Below the pieces are notes generated by a model. It ran no database searches. It saw only the letters and a program-made list of their open reading frames with translations, and had not been told where the DNA came from. 40,585 bases of DNA from an uncultured Alphaproteobacteria bacterium (lineage in GTDB: Bacteria; Pseudomonadota; Alphaproteobacteria; GCA-002720895), in contig CAYNCC010000003.1 of the NCBI GenBank assembly GCA_964396035.1, positions 1 through 40,585 on the forward strand. Direction: 5' to 3'. Position 1 is the first letter of the stretch. The number at the start of each line of letters is the position of its first letter. Shown here one piece after another: positions 29,230-38,567 of this stretch. The position numbers and the translations under genes are program-made.

Positions 29230-30627
29230 ATGATACAAAAATTTTTTTCTAAAAAAAAAGTTGCTGTACTTGGTCTAGGCAAATCTGGCATTAGCACTAT
29301 TAATTTTTTAAAAAAAAAAGGATTTATTATTTATGCTTGGGATGACAACAAAGAAATTAGAAAAAAGGTAAAAAAAAAGGGAATAAATATAAATAATTTT
29401 AGTAAAGTTAATCTTAGAGAATTTATGTTCTTAGTTGTCAGTCCTGGCATACATACCAGAGGTCCAAAAAAACATTTTTTAATTTCTAAAGCTAAATTAA
29501 AAAAATTAGAAGTTATAAATGATATTGAATTATTTTTTAGATTTAATCCTATTTCAAAATATATTGGCATTACGGGAACTAATGGAAAATCTACAACTGT
29601 ATCTTTATTAAGTCACGTTTTTGATAAACTTAACATTAATAATAGTTTAGGTGGCAACATTGGCAAACCTATCTTTGATTTAAAAAAACAAAAGAATGGG
29701 TTCTATATACTAGAAATATCATCTTTTCAATTAGAATTAATGAAATCACCAAGATTTAAGATAGCTGTTCTTTTAAATATTACTAATGATCACTTAGATA
29801 GACATGGAACTATAAATGGATATATTTCTGAAAAAATAAAAATATTTAATAATCAAAAAGAGTCCGATTTTTCTGTAATTGGGATTGATAATGAAATATC
29901 AAAAAATTTGTTAAAAATTTTAAAAAAGAAAAAAAGTTCAGAAATATTCTCAATATCAGGATTAAATAAAAATGCTAATATTTGTGTAAAAGGTAATTAT
30001 TTAAATATTAATTATAATTCTAAAAATCAAAAAAAAATTAATAAGAAAATAAATTTAAATAAATTTAATAATTTTAGAGGTTCACATAACTATCAAAATA
30101 TTGCAGCAATATATTCTATTTTATTAAAATTAAATCTTTGTAATTGGAACAAAATTGAAGAAGCTATTAAATCGTTTCCAGGGTTGCCACATAGATTACA
30201 AATTATAAGAAAAATTAATAATATTGAATATATTAACGATAGCAAAGCTACGAATGTCGATTCATCTGATAAAGCATTATCTACTTTTAAAAAAAATATT
30301 TATTGGATTTTGGGAGGGAAATCAAAAGAAAAAAGTTTAACTAAGTTAAAAAAACATTTTCCAAAAATAAAACATGTTTTCTTATTAGGTGAAACAAAAT
30401 ATCTATATAAAAAATATTTGCAAAATTTTATAAAATGTACAATTGCAAAAAACTTAAGAGATGCGATTGTTCTTTCTCATAAATTAGTTCAAGAAGAAAA
30501 GGTAAAAAAAAAGTTAAATACTGGGGTTATATTATTTTCTCCGGCATGTTCTTCTTTAGATGAATGGAATAATTTTGAGGAAAGAGGAAATTCATTTATT
30601 AGTGTAGTTAAGAAACTCAATAATTAA
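29230..30627 (+). CDS. murD: UDP-N-acetylmuramoylalanine--D-glutamate ligase
   Basis: Contains GLGKSG, GITGTNGKSTT and NDSKATN, and sits in the expected cluster position. Confidence 0.92.
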   Translation: MIQKFFSKKKVAVLGLGKSGISTINFLKKKGFIIYAWDDNKEIRKKVKKKGININNFSKVNLREFMFLVVSPGIHTRGPKKHFLISKAKLKKLEVINDIELFFRFNPISKYIGITGTNGKSTTVSLLSHVFDKLNINNSLGGNIGKPIFDLKKQKNGFYILEISSFQLELMKSPRFKIAVLLNITNDHLDRHGTINGYISEKIKIFNNQKESDFSVIGIDNEISKNLLKILKKKKSSEIFSISGLNKNANICVKGNYLNINYNSKNQKKINKKINLNKFNNFRGSHNYQNIAAIYSILLKLNLCNWNKIEEAIKSFPGLPHRLQIIRKINNIEYINDSKATNVDSSDKALSTFKKNIYWILGGKSKEKSLTKLKKHFPKIKHVFLLGETKYLYKKYLQNFIKCTIAKNLRDAIVLSHKLVQEEKVKKKLNTGVILFSPACSSLDEWNNFEERGNSFISVVKKLNN

Positions 30628-30639
30628 ATATTATTTAAT

Positions 30640-31764
30640 ATGAATCAACAATACACTGATACAAAAATTATTTATAATTGGTGGAGAAGTGTAGATAGAA
30701 CAGTATTAATATTTACATTAATTCTTATTTTAATTGGAGGTTTAGTATCTTTTGCAGCTACACCTTCAGTTGCAGAAAAATACAATTTGGATCATTACTT
30801 TTTTGTCAAAAAACACTTAATTTTTATACCTCTTTGTTTTTTTTTTATTTTTTTTATATCATGTTTGTCTGAACTAGGAATCAAACGTTTTTTTTTATTT
30901 ATATTTTTAATATCAATTTTTTTTATTTTTTATTCTTTTTTTTCTGGAATAGAAGTTAAAGGTTCTAATAGATGGGTTTCTTTTTTTGATTATCGTTTTC
31001 AACCTTCGGAATTTTTAAAAGTTTCTTTTATAATTACATCCGGTTGGATATTTTCTATTGTTAATAAGCCACAAGATTTAAATAATAAATTTATATCATT
31101 TTTATTATACTTATTTGTTTCTATTTTAATTTTATCACAGCCTGATTTTTCAATGTTTTGTATAATTTCTGCTGTATATGCAGCACAATTATGGATTGCA
31201 GGTTTAAAATGGAAATGGCTAAGCCTAATCATATTATTTTTTATTTCTATAATAATTTTATGTTATTTAATTTTAGACAATGTTAAAAGAAGAATAGATA
31301 ATTTTATAGATCCAACTACTGGAGATAATTATCAAATAACGAAATCTTTACAAGCTATAATTGAAGGCGGTTTTTTTGGAAAAGGTCCAGGATTGGGTAC
31401 GATAAAAGACTCTCTTCCTGACGCACATACAGATTTTATTTTTGCAGTAGTTGCTGAAGAATTTGGTTGGATTTCTTGTTTGTTTATAATTTTTATTTTT
31501 ATTTTTTTAATATTTAAAATTTTTCAAAGAATTAAGGAAGAAAAAAATATATTTACTATCTTAGTAGTATCAGGTTTAGTTTTACAATTTGGTATGCAAA
31601 TTTTTGTTAATATAGCTTCAACTATTGGATTAATTCCAACAACTGGCACAACACTTCCTTTTATAAGCTATGGAGGTTCGTCAATGTTTTCTATTTCATT
31701 TAGCATAGGAACAATATTAAGTTTAACTAGGAGAAAATATAAGGATAGCTTTGTACAAAATTAA
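30640..31764 (+). CDS. ftsW: SEDS-family peptidoglycan glycosyltransferase FtsW
   Basis: A polytopic FtsW/RodA/SpoVE pattern (QPSEFLK, PDAHTDFIFAVVAEEFG, TTGTTLPFISYGGSS) between murD and murG. Confidence 0.92.
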   Translation: MNQQYTDTKIIYNWWRSVDRTVLIFTLILILIGGLVSFAATPSVAEKYNLDHYFFVKKHLIFIPLCFFFIFFISCLSELGIKRFFLFIFLISIFFIFYSFFSGIEVKGSNRWVSFFDYRFQPSEFLKVSFIITSGWIFSIVNKPQDLNNKFISFLLYLFVSILILSQPDFSMFCIISAVYAAQLWIAGLKWKWLSLIILFFISIIILCYLILDNVKRRIDNFIDPTTGDNYQITKSLQAIIEGGFFGKGPGLGTIKDSLPDAHTDFIFAVVAEEFGWISCLFIIFIFIFLIFKIFQRIKEEKNIFTILVVSGLVLQFGMQIFVNIASTIGLIPTTGTTLPFISYGGSSMFSISFSIGTILSLTRRKYKDSFVQN

Positions 31765-32839
31765 AAAAATTATTATTACTGCTGGTGGAACTGGTGGGCA
31801 TGTTTATCCTGCAATATCTTTAATTGAAGCTTTAATTAGATCAAATAATAGAGTGGTTTTTATATCTGATAATAGAGTTAAAAAAATTATTCTCCAAAAC
31901 AAAGGTCTTAAAAAAAATAAATTAATTAAATTATATTTTCTAAATGTTCCAAAAAGTTTTAAAAGAATATTTTCTAACTTTTTAACTTTTATAAATATTC
32001 TTGTTATTTTCTGTAAAGAAAAGCCAGATCTTATGATAGGTTTCGGAGGTTATTCCTCATTTTTTTCATTAATAGTTGCGAAGTTATTTTTGAAACCAAT
32101 AATTTTACATGAACAAAATATTATAATTGGTCTTACTAATAAATTATTTCTTCCATTATCAAAAAAAATTATTTTGGGTTGGGGTGAAAAAAAAGATTTT
32201 AAATTCGTTAATAATAAAAAATATGAATTTATAAGGAATCCAGTTAGAAAGAAGATAATAGATTTGAGAAAGAAGGTTAATTTTAAATTTAAAAAAGATA
32301 AAATAAATATTTTAATTATAGGGGGAAGTCAGGGTGCAAAGAGTTTAGGGACAATTTTTCCTGAAACAATAAGCTTGATGCCTAAAATTATTAAAGAAAA
32401 GATTTATGTTTATCATCAATGTTCTAATACAAATATAAATGAAATCAAGAATAAGTATGCTTCCTTAAAACTAAAAGCAAATTGTAAAACATTCTTTGAA
32501 AATTTACCGATAATTATGTTTAAATCTCATTTTGTTATTTCAAGAGCTGGCGCATCATCATTATCTGAGATAATTACTTTAGGTAAAGCAGGAATTATAA
32601 TTCCATATAAGTTTGCAAAATATGATCATCAGTTAATAAATGCAAATTGGTTTGCAAAAAAAGGAGCAGGTCATGTTTTAAAAGAAGATAAACTTAAAAC
32701 TAATATTTTGAAAAAAATATTGATAGAATTTATATGTAATGATAAAAAACTCCTTAGAATGTCAAAAGAATCTTTTAAATTAGGTGATCCTAATTCTCTT
32801 AAAAAAATTTTAGAAGTAATAAGTAATTTGAGAAAATAA
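31751..32839 (+). CDS. murG: UDP-GlcNAc--lipid I N-acetylglucosamine transferase
   Basis: Contains TAGGTGGHVYPA, GGSQGA and the SRAGASSLSEI pattern. Uses a TTG start that overlaps ftsW by 14 nt. Confidence 0.92.
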   Translation: MYKIKKIIITAGGTGGHVYPAISLIEALIRSNNRVVFISDNRVKKIILQNKGLKKNKLIKLYFLNVPKSFKRIFSNFLTFINILVIFCKEKPDLMIGFGGYSSFFSLIVAKLFLKPIILHEQNIIIGLTNKLFLPLSKKIILGWGEKKDFKFVNNKKYEFIRNPVRKKIIDLRKKVNFKFKKDKINILIIGGSQGAKSLGTIFPETISLMPKIIKEKIYVYHQCSNTNINEIKNKYASLKLKANCKTFFENLPIIMFKSHFVISRAGASSLSEIITLGKAGIIIPYKFAKYDHQLINANWFAKKGAGHVLKEDKLKTNILKKILIEFICNDKKLLRMSKESFKLGDPNSLKKILEVISNLRK

Positions 32840-32841
32840 TT

Positions 32842-34248
32842 ATGAAATTAACGAGACACGATATTAAGAATAAGATTCATTTTGTTGGAATAGGTGGTAT
32901 TGGCATGTGTGGAATAGCAGAGGTTCTATATTCTTTTGGTTATAAAGTACAAGGAAGTGATATTGCTAACAATAGCAATGTAAAAAGATTAAAAAAGAAA
33001 GGAATTAAAACATACATTGGCCATTCAGCAAAGAATGTTAAAAATGTAAATGTTTTAGTTGTTTCTTCAGCAATAAAAAAAAATAATCCTGAATTAAAAT
33101 TTGCACAAAAAAATAACATTAAAATTTATAGGAGATCTGAAATGCTTTCCGAATTAATGAATTTCAAAGAATGCATTGCTATTTCAGGAACACATGGAAA
33201 AACAACAACAACATCCTTGATATCATCTGTATTAGAGTATGCAAATTTTGATCCAACTACAATTATTGGAGGTATTGTAAATGATTATAAGGGCACAACT
33301 AGAATTGGCAAAAGTAAATGGATGGTTGTAGAAGCAGATGAATCTGATGGCACTTTTATAAATTTATTTCCTAAGATTGGTATTGTGACAAACATAAATA
33401 AAGAACATATGGATTTTTATAAGAATGTTAATAAATTGCAAAATTATTTCATAAGATTTGTTAATAATATTTCATTTGATGGCGTAGCAGTTCTATGCAC
33501 AGACAACTTAGGAGTTAGAAACTTAAAAAAAACAATTAAAGATAAAAATTTTATTAGTTATGGTTTTTTAAAAAATAATGACATACAAGCAGCAAATATT
33601 GTTTACGATAAGCAAATATCTTTGTTTGATATAAAAATAAAAAAAAACTTTCTTTTCAAAAAAGAAATAATAAAAAAAATAAAATTAAATATGATAGGAA
33701 AACATAATATTCTTAATTGTCTTGCAGCTATTGCTGTAGGTAAAATCTTAAATATTAATTCTGTAAATATAAGAAAAGCTTTAAAAAATTTTAGTGGTGT
33801 AAAAAGAAGATTCACATTTATAAAAAAAATCAATGGAATTATGATTTATGATGATTATGCACATCATCCTGAAGAAATTAAATCTACTTTACAAGTTGCT
33901 AAAATTTTAAAACCTAAAAAATTAATTGTAGTTTTCCAACCACATAGATATTCAAGATTTTTAAGTTTATATAATGATTTTAAAAAAATATTAAAAAACT
34001 GTGATAAATTAATTGTGGCAGATGTTTATGCAGCAGGTGAAAAAAAAATTAATTCAATTTCTAAGGAAAAATTTGTTAACGACATAAACAAAACTAAAGC
34101 AAATCTAGCAATATCTTTAGATAAATTAACAAATCTTCCAAAAATTATAAAACAAACTGCACAATCGGGAGATATAGTGGTTTTTGTAGGAGCAGGCGAT
34201 ATAACTAAATGGGCAAATAATTTACCTAAACAACTTAAGAATTTATAA
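32842..34248 (+). CDS. murC: UDP-N-acetylmuramate--L-alanine ligase
   Basis: Contains HFVGIGGIGMCGIAEVL, ISGTHGKTTTTS and DDYAHHPEE. Confidence 0.95.
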   Translation: MKLTRHDIKNKIHFVGIGGIGMCGIAEVLYSFGYKVQGSDIANNSNVKRLKKKGIKTYIGHSAKNVKNVNVLVVSSAIKKNNPELKFAQKNNIKIYRRSEMLSELMNFKECIAISGTHGKTTTTSLISSVLEYANFDPTTIIGGIVNDYKGTTRIGKSKWMVVEADESDGTFINLFPKIGIVTNINKEHMDFYKNVNKLQNYFIRFVNNISFDGVAVLCTDNLGVRNLKKTIKDKNFISYGFLKNNDIQAANIVYDKQISLFDIKIKKNFLFKKEIIKKIKLNMIGKHNILNCLAAIAVGKILNINSVNIRKALKNFSGVKRRFTFIKKINGIMIYDDYAHHPEEIKSTLQVAKILKPKKLIVVFQPHRYSRFLSLYNDFKKILKNCDKLIVADVYAAGEKKINSISKEKFVNDINKTKANLAISLDKLTNLPKIIKQTAQSGDIVVFVGAGDITKWANNLPKQLKNL

Positions 34249-34261
34249 TTATTAATATTTG

Positions 34262-35143
34262 ATGTCATTTTTTCCAAATATAAAAGGAGAATATAAAAGA
34301 AATTTTCAAATTTCTAAATTAACTTGGTTTCATTCTGGCGGTAAGGCTAAAATATTTTGCATACCTAAAGATATTGATGATTTAGTTAATTTAATTAAAG
34401 AGACAAAAAGAATTTCAATTAACATAATTGGTGGAGGCTCGAATATGTTAGTCAGAGATGGTGGCATACCAGGACTAGCAATAAAATTAGGTAAGGGGTT
34501 TGATTACATAAAAATTAAAAAAGATCATATACTTTGTGGAGCATCAATAAAGAATATTAATTTATCAAAAAAACTTGCTAAAGAAAATATCAGAGGATAC
34601 GAATTCCTATCGACTATACCTGGAACTTTAGGAGGTGCAATTTTCATGAATGCAGGATGCTTTGGAAGTGAAATTAAGAATTTAATTAAAAGTGTCTTTG
34701 TTGTTAATAGAAATGGAAAAATATTAGAATTAACAAGAAAAATGATTTCATTTAAATATCGTTATTCTGGAATTAAAAAGAATCATATTATCATAGGCGC
34801 TAAGTTGAAGATTTTTTCAGGAAAAAGTTCAATAATAAATAAGAAAATAAAAGAATTAATTATGATTAGAAAAAAAACTCAACCTATAAAAAGTTTAACA
34901 GGAGGTAGCACTTTTATTAACCCTAAAGGAAAAAAAGCTTGGAAATTAATAAAACAATCTGGTTGTGAAAATTTCAAAGTTGGCGATGCGGAAGTTTCAT
35001 ATAAACATTGTAATTTTTTAGTTAATAAAGGCAATGCATCTTCTAAAGATATAGAAAATTTAGGTAATAAAATTAGAAATAAAGTTTATAAAGATACAGG
35101 AATTAAATTAAATTGGGAAATTAAAAGAATTGGCATAAAGTAA
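34262..35143 (+). CDS. murB: UDP-N-acetylenolpyruvoylglucosamine reductase
   Basis: An FAD-binding pattern (IIGGGSNMLVRDGG, IPGTLGGAIFMNAG, GSTFINP). I prefer the ATG at 34262 to the TTG at 34259. Confidence 0.9.
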   Translation: MSFFPNIKGEYKRNFQISKLTWFHSGGKAKIFCIPKDIDDLVNLIKETKRISINIIGGGSNMLVRDGGIPGLAIKLGKGFDYIKIKKDHILCGASIKNINLSKKLAKENIRGYEFLSTIPGTLGGAIFMNAGCFGSEIKNLIKSVFVVNRNGKILELTRKMISFKYRYSGIKKNHIIIGAKLKIFSGKSSIINKKIKELIMIRKKTQPIKSLTGGSTFINPKGKKAWKLIKQSGCENFKVGDAEVSYKHCNFLVNKGNASSKDIENLGNKIRNKVYKDTGIKLNWEIKRIGIK

Positions 35144-35144
35144 T

Positions 35145-36062
35145 ATGAAAAAAATAGCAGTTTTGATGGGAGGACCTTCATCTGAAAAAAAAGTTTCATT
35201 AAAAACGGGGAAGTTTGTTTCTAAAGCATTATTAGATTTAGGTTATGAAATAAAAAAAATAAAAGTTACAAGTAACATAAAACTTCTTATTTCAAATTTA
35301 AACAGTTTTGAACCTGATATTGTATTTAATGCCTTACATGGGACTTTTGGAGAAGATGGTTCTGTGCAAAAAATTCTAAAAAAATTAGATCTTTCTTATA
35401 CTCATTCAGGAGCAAAAAGTTCTATGATTGCAATGGATAAACATAAATCAAAGATATTTTTTCAAAAACTTAAAATACCATCACCCAAAGGTATGTTATT
35501 AGATAAAAATATTAAAAGAGTAATAAAAGATTATTGTGGTAAAAAATTATTTTCTTTTCCTCTTGTTATTAAACCAGTAAGTGAAGGTTCTAGCGTAGGT
35601 GTAAAAATTTGTAAAAATATAAATGAACTAAAAAAATATAAGATTGATGAATCTAATAAATATTTAATAGAAGAATTTATTCCAGGTAGAGAATTAACTG
35701 TTGGAATTATGAATAATAAGGTTTTTGATATTATTGAATTAAAAACAAAAAAAGAATTTTATGATTATAAATCTAAATATACCAAAGGTATGACAAAATA
35801 TATCATTCCTGCTCATATTCCAAAAAATATACAAATGAAATGTAAAAAATATGCTTTAAAGATTCATAAATCCTTTAAATGTAAGGGAATAACTCGAACT
35901 GATTTTAGGTACTACCAACAAGATCCTAGAAAAAAGAAATTGTATGTTTTAGAAATTAATACACAACCAGGAATGACACCATTATCATTAGTTCCTATGA
36001 TGGCTAAAAAAGCTGGTATAAATTTTAATAAGTTAGTAGAGAATATTTTAAAAGATATTTAA
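35145..36062 (+). CDS. ddl: D-alanine--D-alanine ligase
   Basis: Starts KIAVLMGGPSSEKKVSLKTG, then ALHGTFGEDGSVQ, KPVSEGSSVGV and LEINTQPGMT. Confidence 0.95.
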   Translation: MKKIAVLMGGPSSEKKVSLKTGKFVSKALLDLGYEIKKIKVTSNIKLLISNLNSFEPDIVFNALHGTFGEDGSVQKILKKLDLSYTHSGAKSSMIAMDKHKSKIFFQKLKIPSPKGMLLDKNIKRVIKDYCGKKLFSFPLVIKPVSEGSSVGVKICKNINELKKYKIDESNKYLIEEFIPGRELTVGIMNNKVFDIIELKTKKEFYDYKSKYTKGMTKYIIPAHIPKNIQMKCKKYALKIHKSFKCKGITRTDFRYYQQDPRKKKLYVLEINTQPGMTPLSLVPMMAKKAGINFNKLVENILKDI

Positions 36063-36073
36063 TAAAATTAAAA

Positions 36074-36456
36074 AACCAGATGGTTATAAGCCGGGTTCTG
36101 TAATTAATACAATAAAACTTCGAATCTTTTAAAGTATTAACTGATGACTATTCATCTAGGATAATTGTTACCAATTATCTCAAGCGATCTACCCGGGTGC
36201 AATTGTGAAGATTCAATATAAATCACACCTCTTTTAGATCTTGCTACAAATGGGGTTTCCCTAGCCTATTTTGTTACCAAAAAAGCGGTGCGCTCTTACC
36301 GCACCTTTTCATCCTTACCATAACAAAACAATGGCGGTTTATTTTCTGTGGCACTATCCCTGGAGTTTCCTCCGCCGGACATTATCCGGCATTATATCTT
36401 CAAGGAGCCCGGACTTTCCTCTCAAAATTCGAGCAGTCATCCAACCATCTGGTTAG
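36074..36456 (-). ncRNA. rnpB: RNase P RNA, bacterial type A
   Basis: The minus strand contains the universal blocks GAGAGGAAAGTCCGGGCTCC, GGTGCGGTAAGAGCGCACCGC and ACAGAACCCGGCTTATAACC. P1 is formed by CCAGATGGTT (5') pairing with AACCATCTGG (3'). This is a GC-rich island in an AT-rich context. ORF-track entry 36271..36456 is an antisense artefact. Confidence 0.95.
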
Positions 36457-36460
36457 ATTT

Positions 36461-36489
36461 AAATTAATACTTAATATGATTTTTTTCAA
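36461..36489 (-). promoter_or_regulatory. Candidate sigma-70 promoter for rnpB (TTGAAA, 17 nt, TAATTT)
   Basis: On the minus strand, TTGAAA (36489-36484), a 17-nt spacer and TAATTT (36466-36461) end about 7 nt before the P1 5' strand. In sequence this AT-rich such matches can arise by chance. Confidence 0.3.
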
Positions 36490-36523
36490 GAAAATTATTA
36501 AATTATCTAAAAACTTAGATTAA

Positions 36524-37003
36524 TTATTTTCTAAATATACTTTTAATTGTTTTCCAATCGAACTTATTGCCTGGATCTTTTTTTCTTTTAGGTGCAATAT
36601 CTGAATGACCAAGCACCCAATCTGGATCAATATTATATTTTTTTTTTATTTTTTTACATAAATAAATAAGTGACAACATTTGTCTTTTTGTGAAAGATTT
36701 ATATCCAAATTCATGACCAGGATTTTCAAGTTCTATTCCTATTGAACAATTATTTATATTTTTAACTCCACGCCAATAAGAAATACCTGCATGCCAAGCT
36801 CTATAGGATTCATTTACTAAATTAATTATTTGACCATTTCTTCCAATTAAATAATGACATGAAACTTTTGATTTTTTATCACATAGACGTTTCAAAGCAC
36901 TTTGAAAATCTTTCATGCCTGTATAATGAATAATTATGGATTTTATTTTCTGGCCTTTTGGTCTTTTATCAAAATTAGGAGATGATATTTTATCAATAAT
37001 CAT
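36524..37003 (-). CDS. ampD: N-acetylmuramoyl-L-alanine amidase, AmpD/AmiD-like (Amidase_2)
   Basis: A 159-aa ORF with IIIHYTGM, CHYLIGRNG, AWHAGISYW and GHSDIAPKRKKDPG, which is the zinc-amidase pattern. Confidence 0.8.
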   Translation of the reverse strand: MIIDKISSPNFDKRPKGQKIKSIIIHYTGMKDFQSALKRLCDKKSKVSCHYLIGRNGQIINLVNESYRAWHAGISYWRGVKNINNCSIGIELENPGHEFGYKSFTKRQMLSLIYLCKKIKKKYNIDPDWVLGHSDIAPKRKKDPGNKFDWKTIKSIFRK

Positions 37004-37008
37004 TTAAA

Positions 37009-38409
37009 TTATTTTTTTTTTATCATATTCTTAGGATCTAAAATCTTTTCTAAATTAATTTTTTTATTTAAACCAAGCTCTTTTGCAGCTTCAATTAAAG
37101 TAATATTCTTTTTATATGCTAATTTTGCTACTGTAGCAGCTTTATCATAACCAATATAAGGATTTAAAGCTGTTACTAACATAAGTGAATTTTCAAGATT
37201 TTTTTTTATAACATTTTTATTAGCTTTTATACCTATTAAACATTTTTTACAGAAACTTGTGATGGAGTCAGATAATAAATTTATGCTTTGTAACAAGTTA
37301 AAAATAATAACAGGTTTAAATGTATTAAGTTCTAAATGCCCATTTGAAGCTCCTATGGAAATTGTTAAATTGTTCCCCATTACCTGGCTGCAAACCATTG
37401 TTAGGGCTTCGGCTTGAGTTGGATTGACCTTGCCAGGCATTATAGAAGATCCAGGCTCGTTTTCTGGAATTTTAATTTCTCCAATACCACTTCTAGGACC
37501 AGAAGATAAAAATTTTATATCATTTCCAATTTTCATTAGTGAAATTGCTAAGCCATTTAAAGCTGCTGAAGTATCAACAATTGGTCCATGAAATGATAAA
37601 GACTCAAATTTGTTATATGAAGAAAAAAAATGAATTTTTTTTATTTTTTTTAAATAAAAAATAAATTTTTTTTCAAAAATTTTTGGTGCATTTATTCCAG
37701 TGCCAACAGCTGTACCACCTTGAGCTAATGCAAACATTTTTTTATAATTTTTTTCTAAATTTGTAATATCATTTTTAATTTGTTCTGAATATCCTGAAAA
37801 TTCATCACCCAATGTGAGAGGGGTTGCATCTTGCATATGAGTCCTTCCAATTTTTATAATTTTTTTAAATTCATTGGTTTTTTTTTTAAGCACAACTAAA
37901 GTTTCTTTTAAAGATGGTAAAAGTTTCTTTTTTATTTGCATTACCGCACATATATGCATTGCAGTTGGAAAACTATCATTGCTTGATTGTGATGCGTTGA
38001 CATGATCGTTAGGATGAACAGGTTTTTTTAACCCTAATTTTCCTGTTGATAATTTATTGGCATAATTAGATATTACCTCATTTAAATTCATATTTGTCTG
38101 AGTTCCAGAACCTGTTTGCCATATTTTTAATGGAAATTGATCTTTTAAGTCATCTTTTAAGATTTTATCTGTAGCTTTAATAATTAAATTAGCAATTTTG
38201 TTATCTAAAACTTTTATATCCTTATTTGCCAAAGCACATGCTTTTTTTTGTATAGCAAAAGCTTTGATAAAATCATTAGAAAATAGTTCGCTACCAATAG
38301 CAAAGTTGTTTAGTGATCTTTGAGTTTGTGCTCCCCAAAAACAATCTTTAGGAACAGCTATCTTACCAAAACTATCATTTTCATATCTTTTGTTTTTATT
38401 TATCTTCAT
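37009..38409 (-). CDS. fumC: Class II fumarate hydratase
   Basis: Carries the signature GSSIMPGKVNPTQ, plus DSFGKIAVPKDCFWGAQTQRS and TGSGTQTNMN. Confidence 0.96.
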   Translation of the reverse strand: MKINKNKRYENDSFGKIAVPKDCFWGAQTQRSLNNFAIGSELFSNDFIKAFAIQKKACALANKDIKVLDNKIANLIIKATDKILKDDLKDQFPLKIWQTGSGTQTNMNLNEVISNYANKLSTGKLGLKKPVHPNDHVNASQSSNDSFPTAMHICAVMQIKKKLLPSLKETLVVLKKKTNEFKKIIKIGRTHMQDATPLTLGDEFSGYSEQIKNDITNLEKNYKKMFALAQGGTAVGTGINAPKIFEKKFIFYLKKIKKIHFFSSYNKFESLSFHGPIVDTSAALNGLAISLMKIGNDIKFLSSGPRSGIGEIKIPENEPGSSIMPGKVNPTQAEALTMVCSQVMGNNLTISIGASNGHLELNTFKPVIIFNLLQSINLLSDSITSFCKKCLIGIKANKNVIKKNLENSLMLVTALNPYIGYDKAATVAKLAYKKNITLIEAAKELGLNKKINLEKILDPKNMIKKK

Positions 38410-38567
38410 ATATTAATTTAGAAAAAAAATACTGAATTATTGAATACGTATTATCTATATTTGCATCAATAATCAATTTTTCAATAAATCTTTATGTGAC
38501 ACAAATATTAATTTATATAAATATTTAAAAATTTATATTAAATTTATAGTTTATTTAAATTAATATT

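Noticed and set aside
36271-36456. A 61-aa plus-strand ORF (MLPKKRCALTAPFHPYHNKTMAVYF...) in the ORF track
   Set aside because: It lies entirely antisense to the RNase P RNA gene. Its unusual GC-rich composition comes from the structured RNA. It has no SD and no protein-like features.
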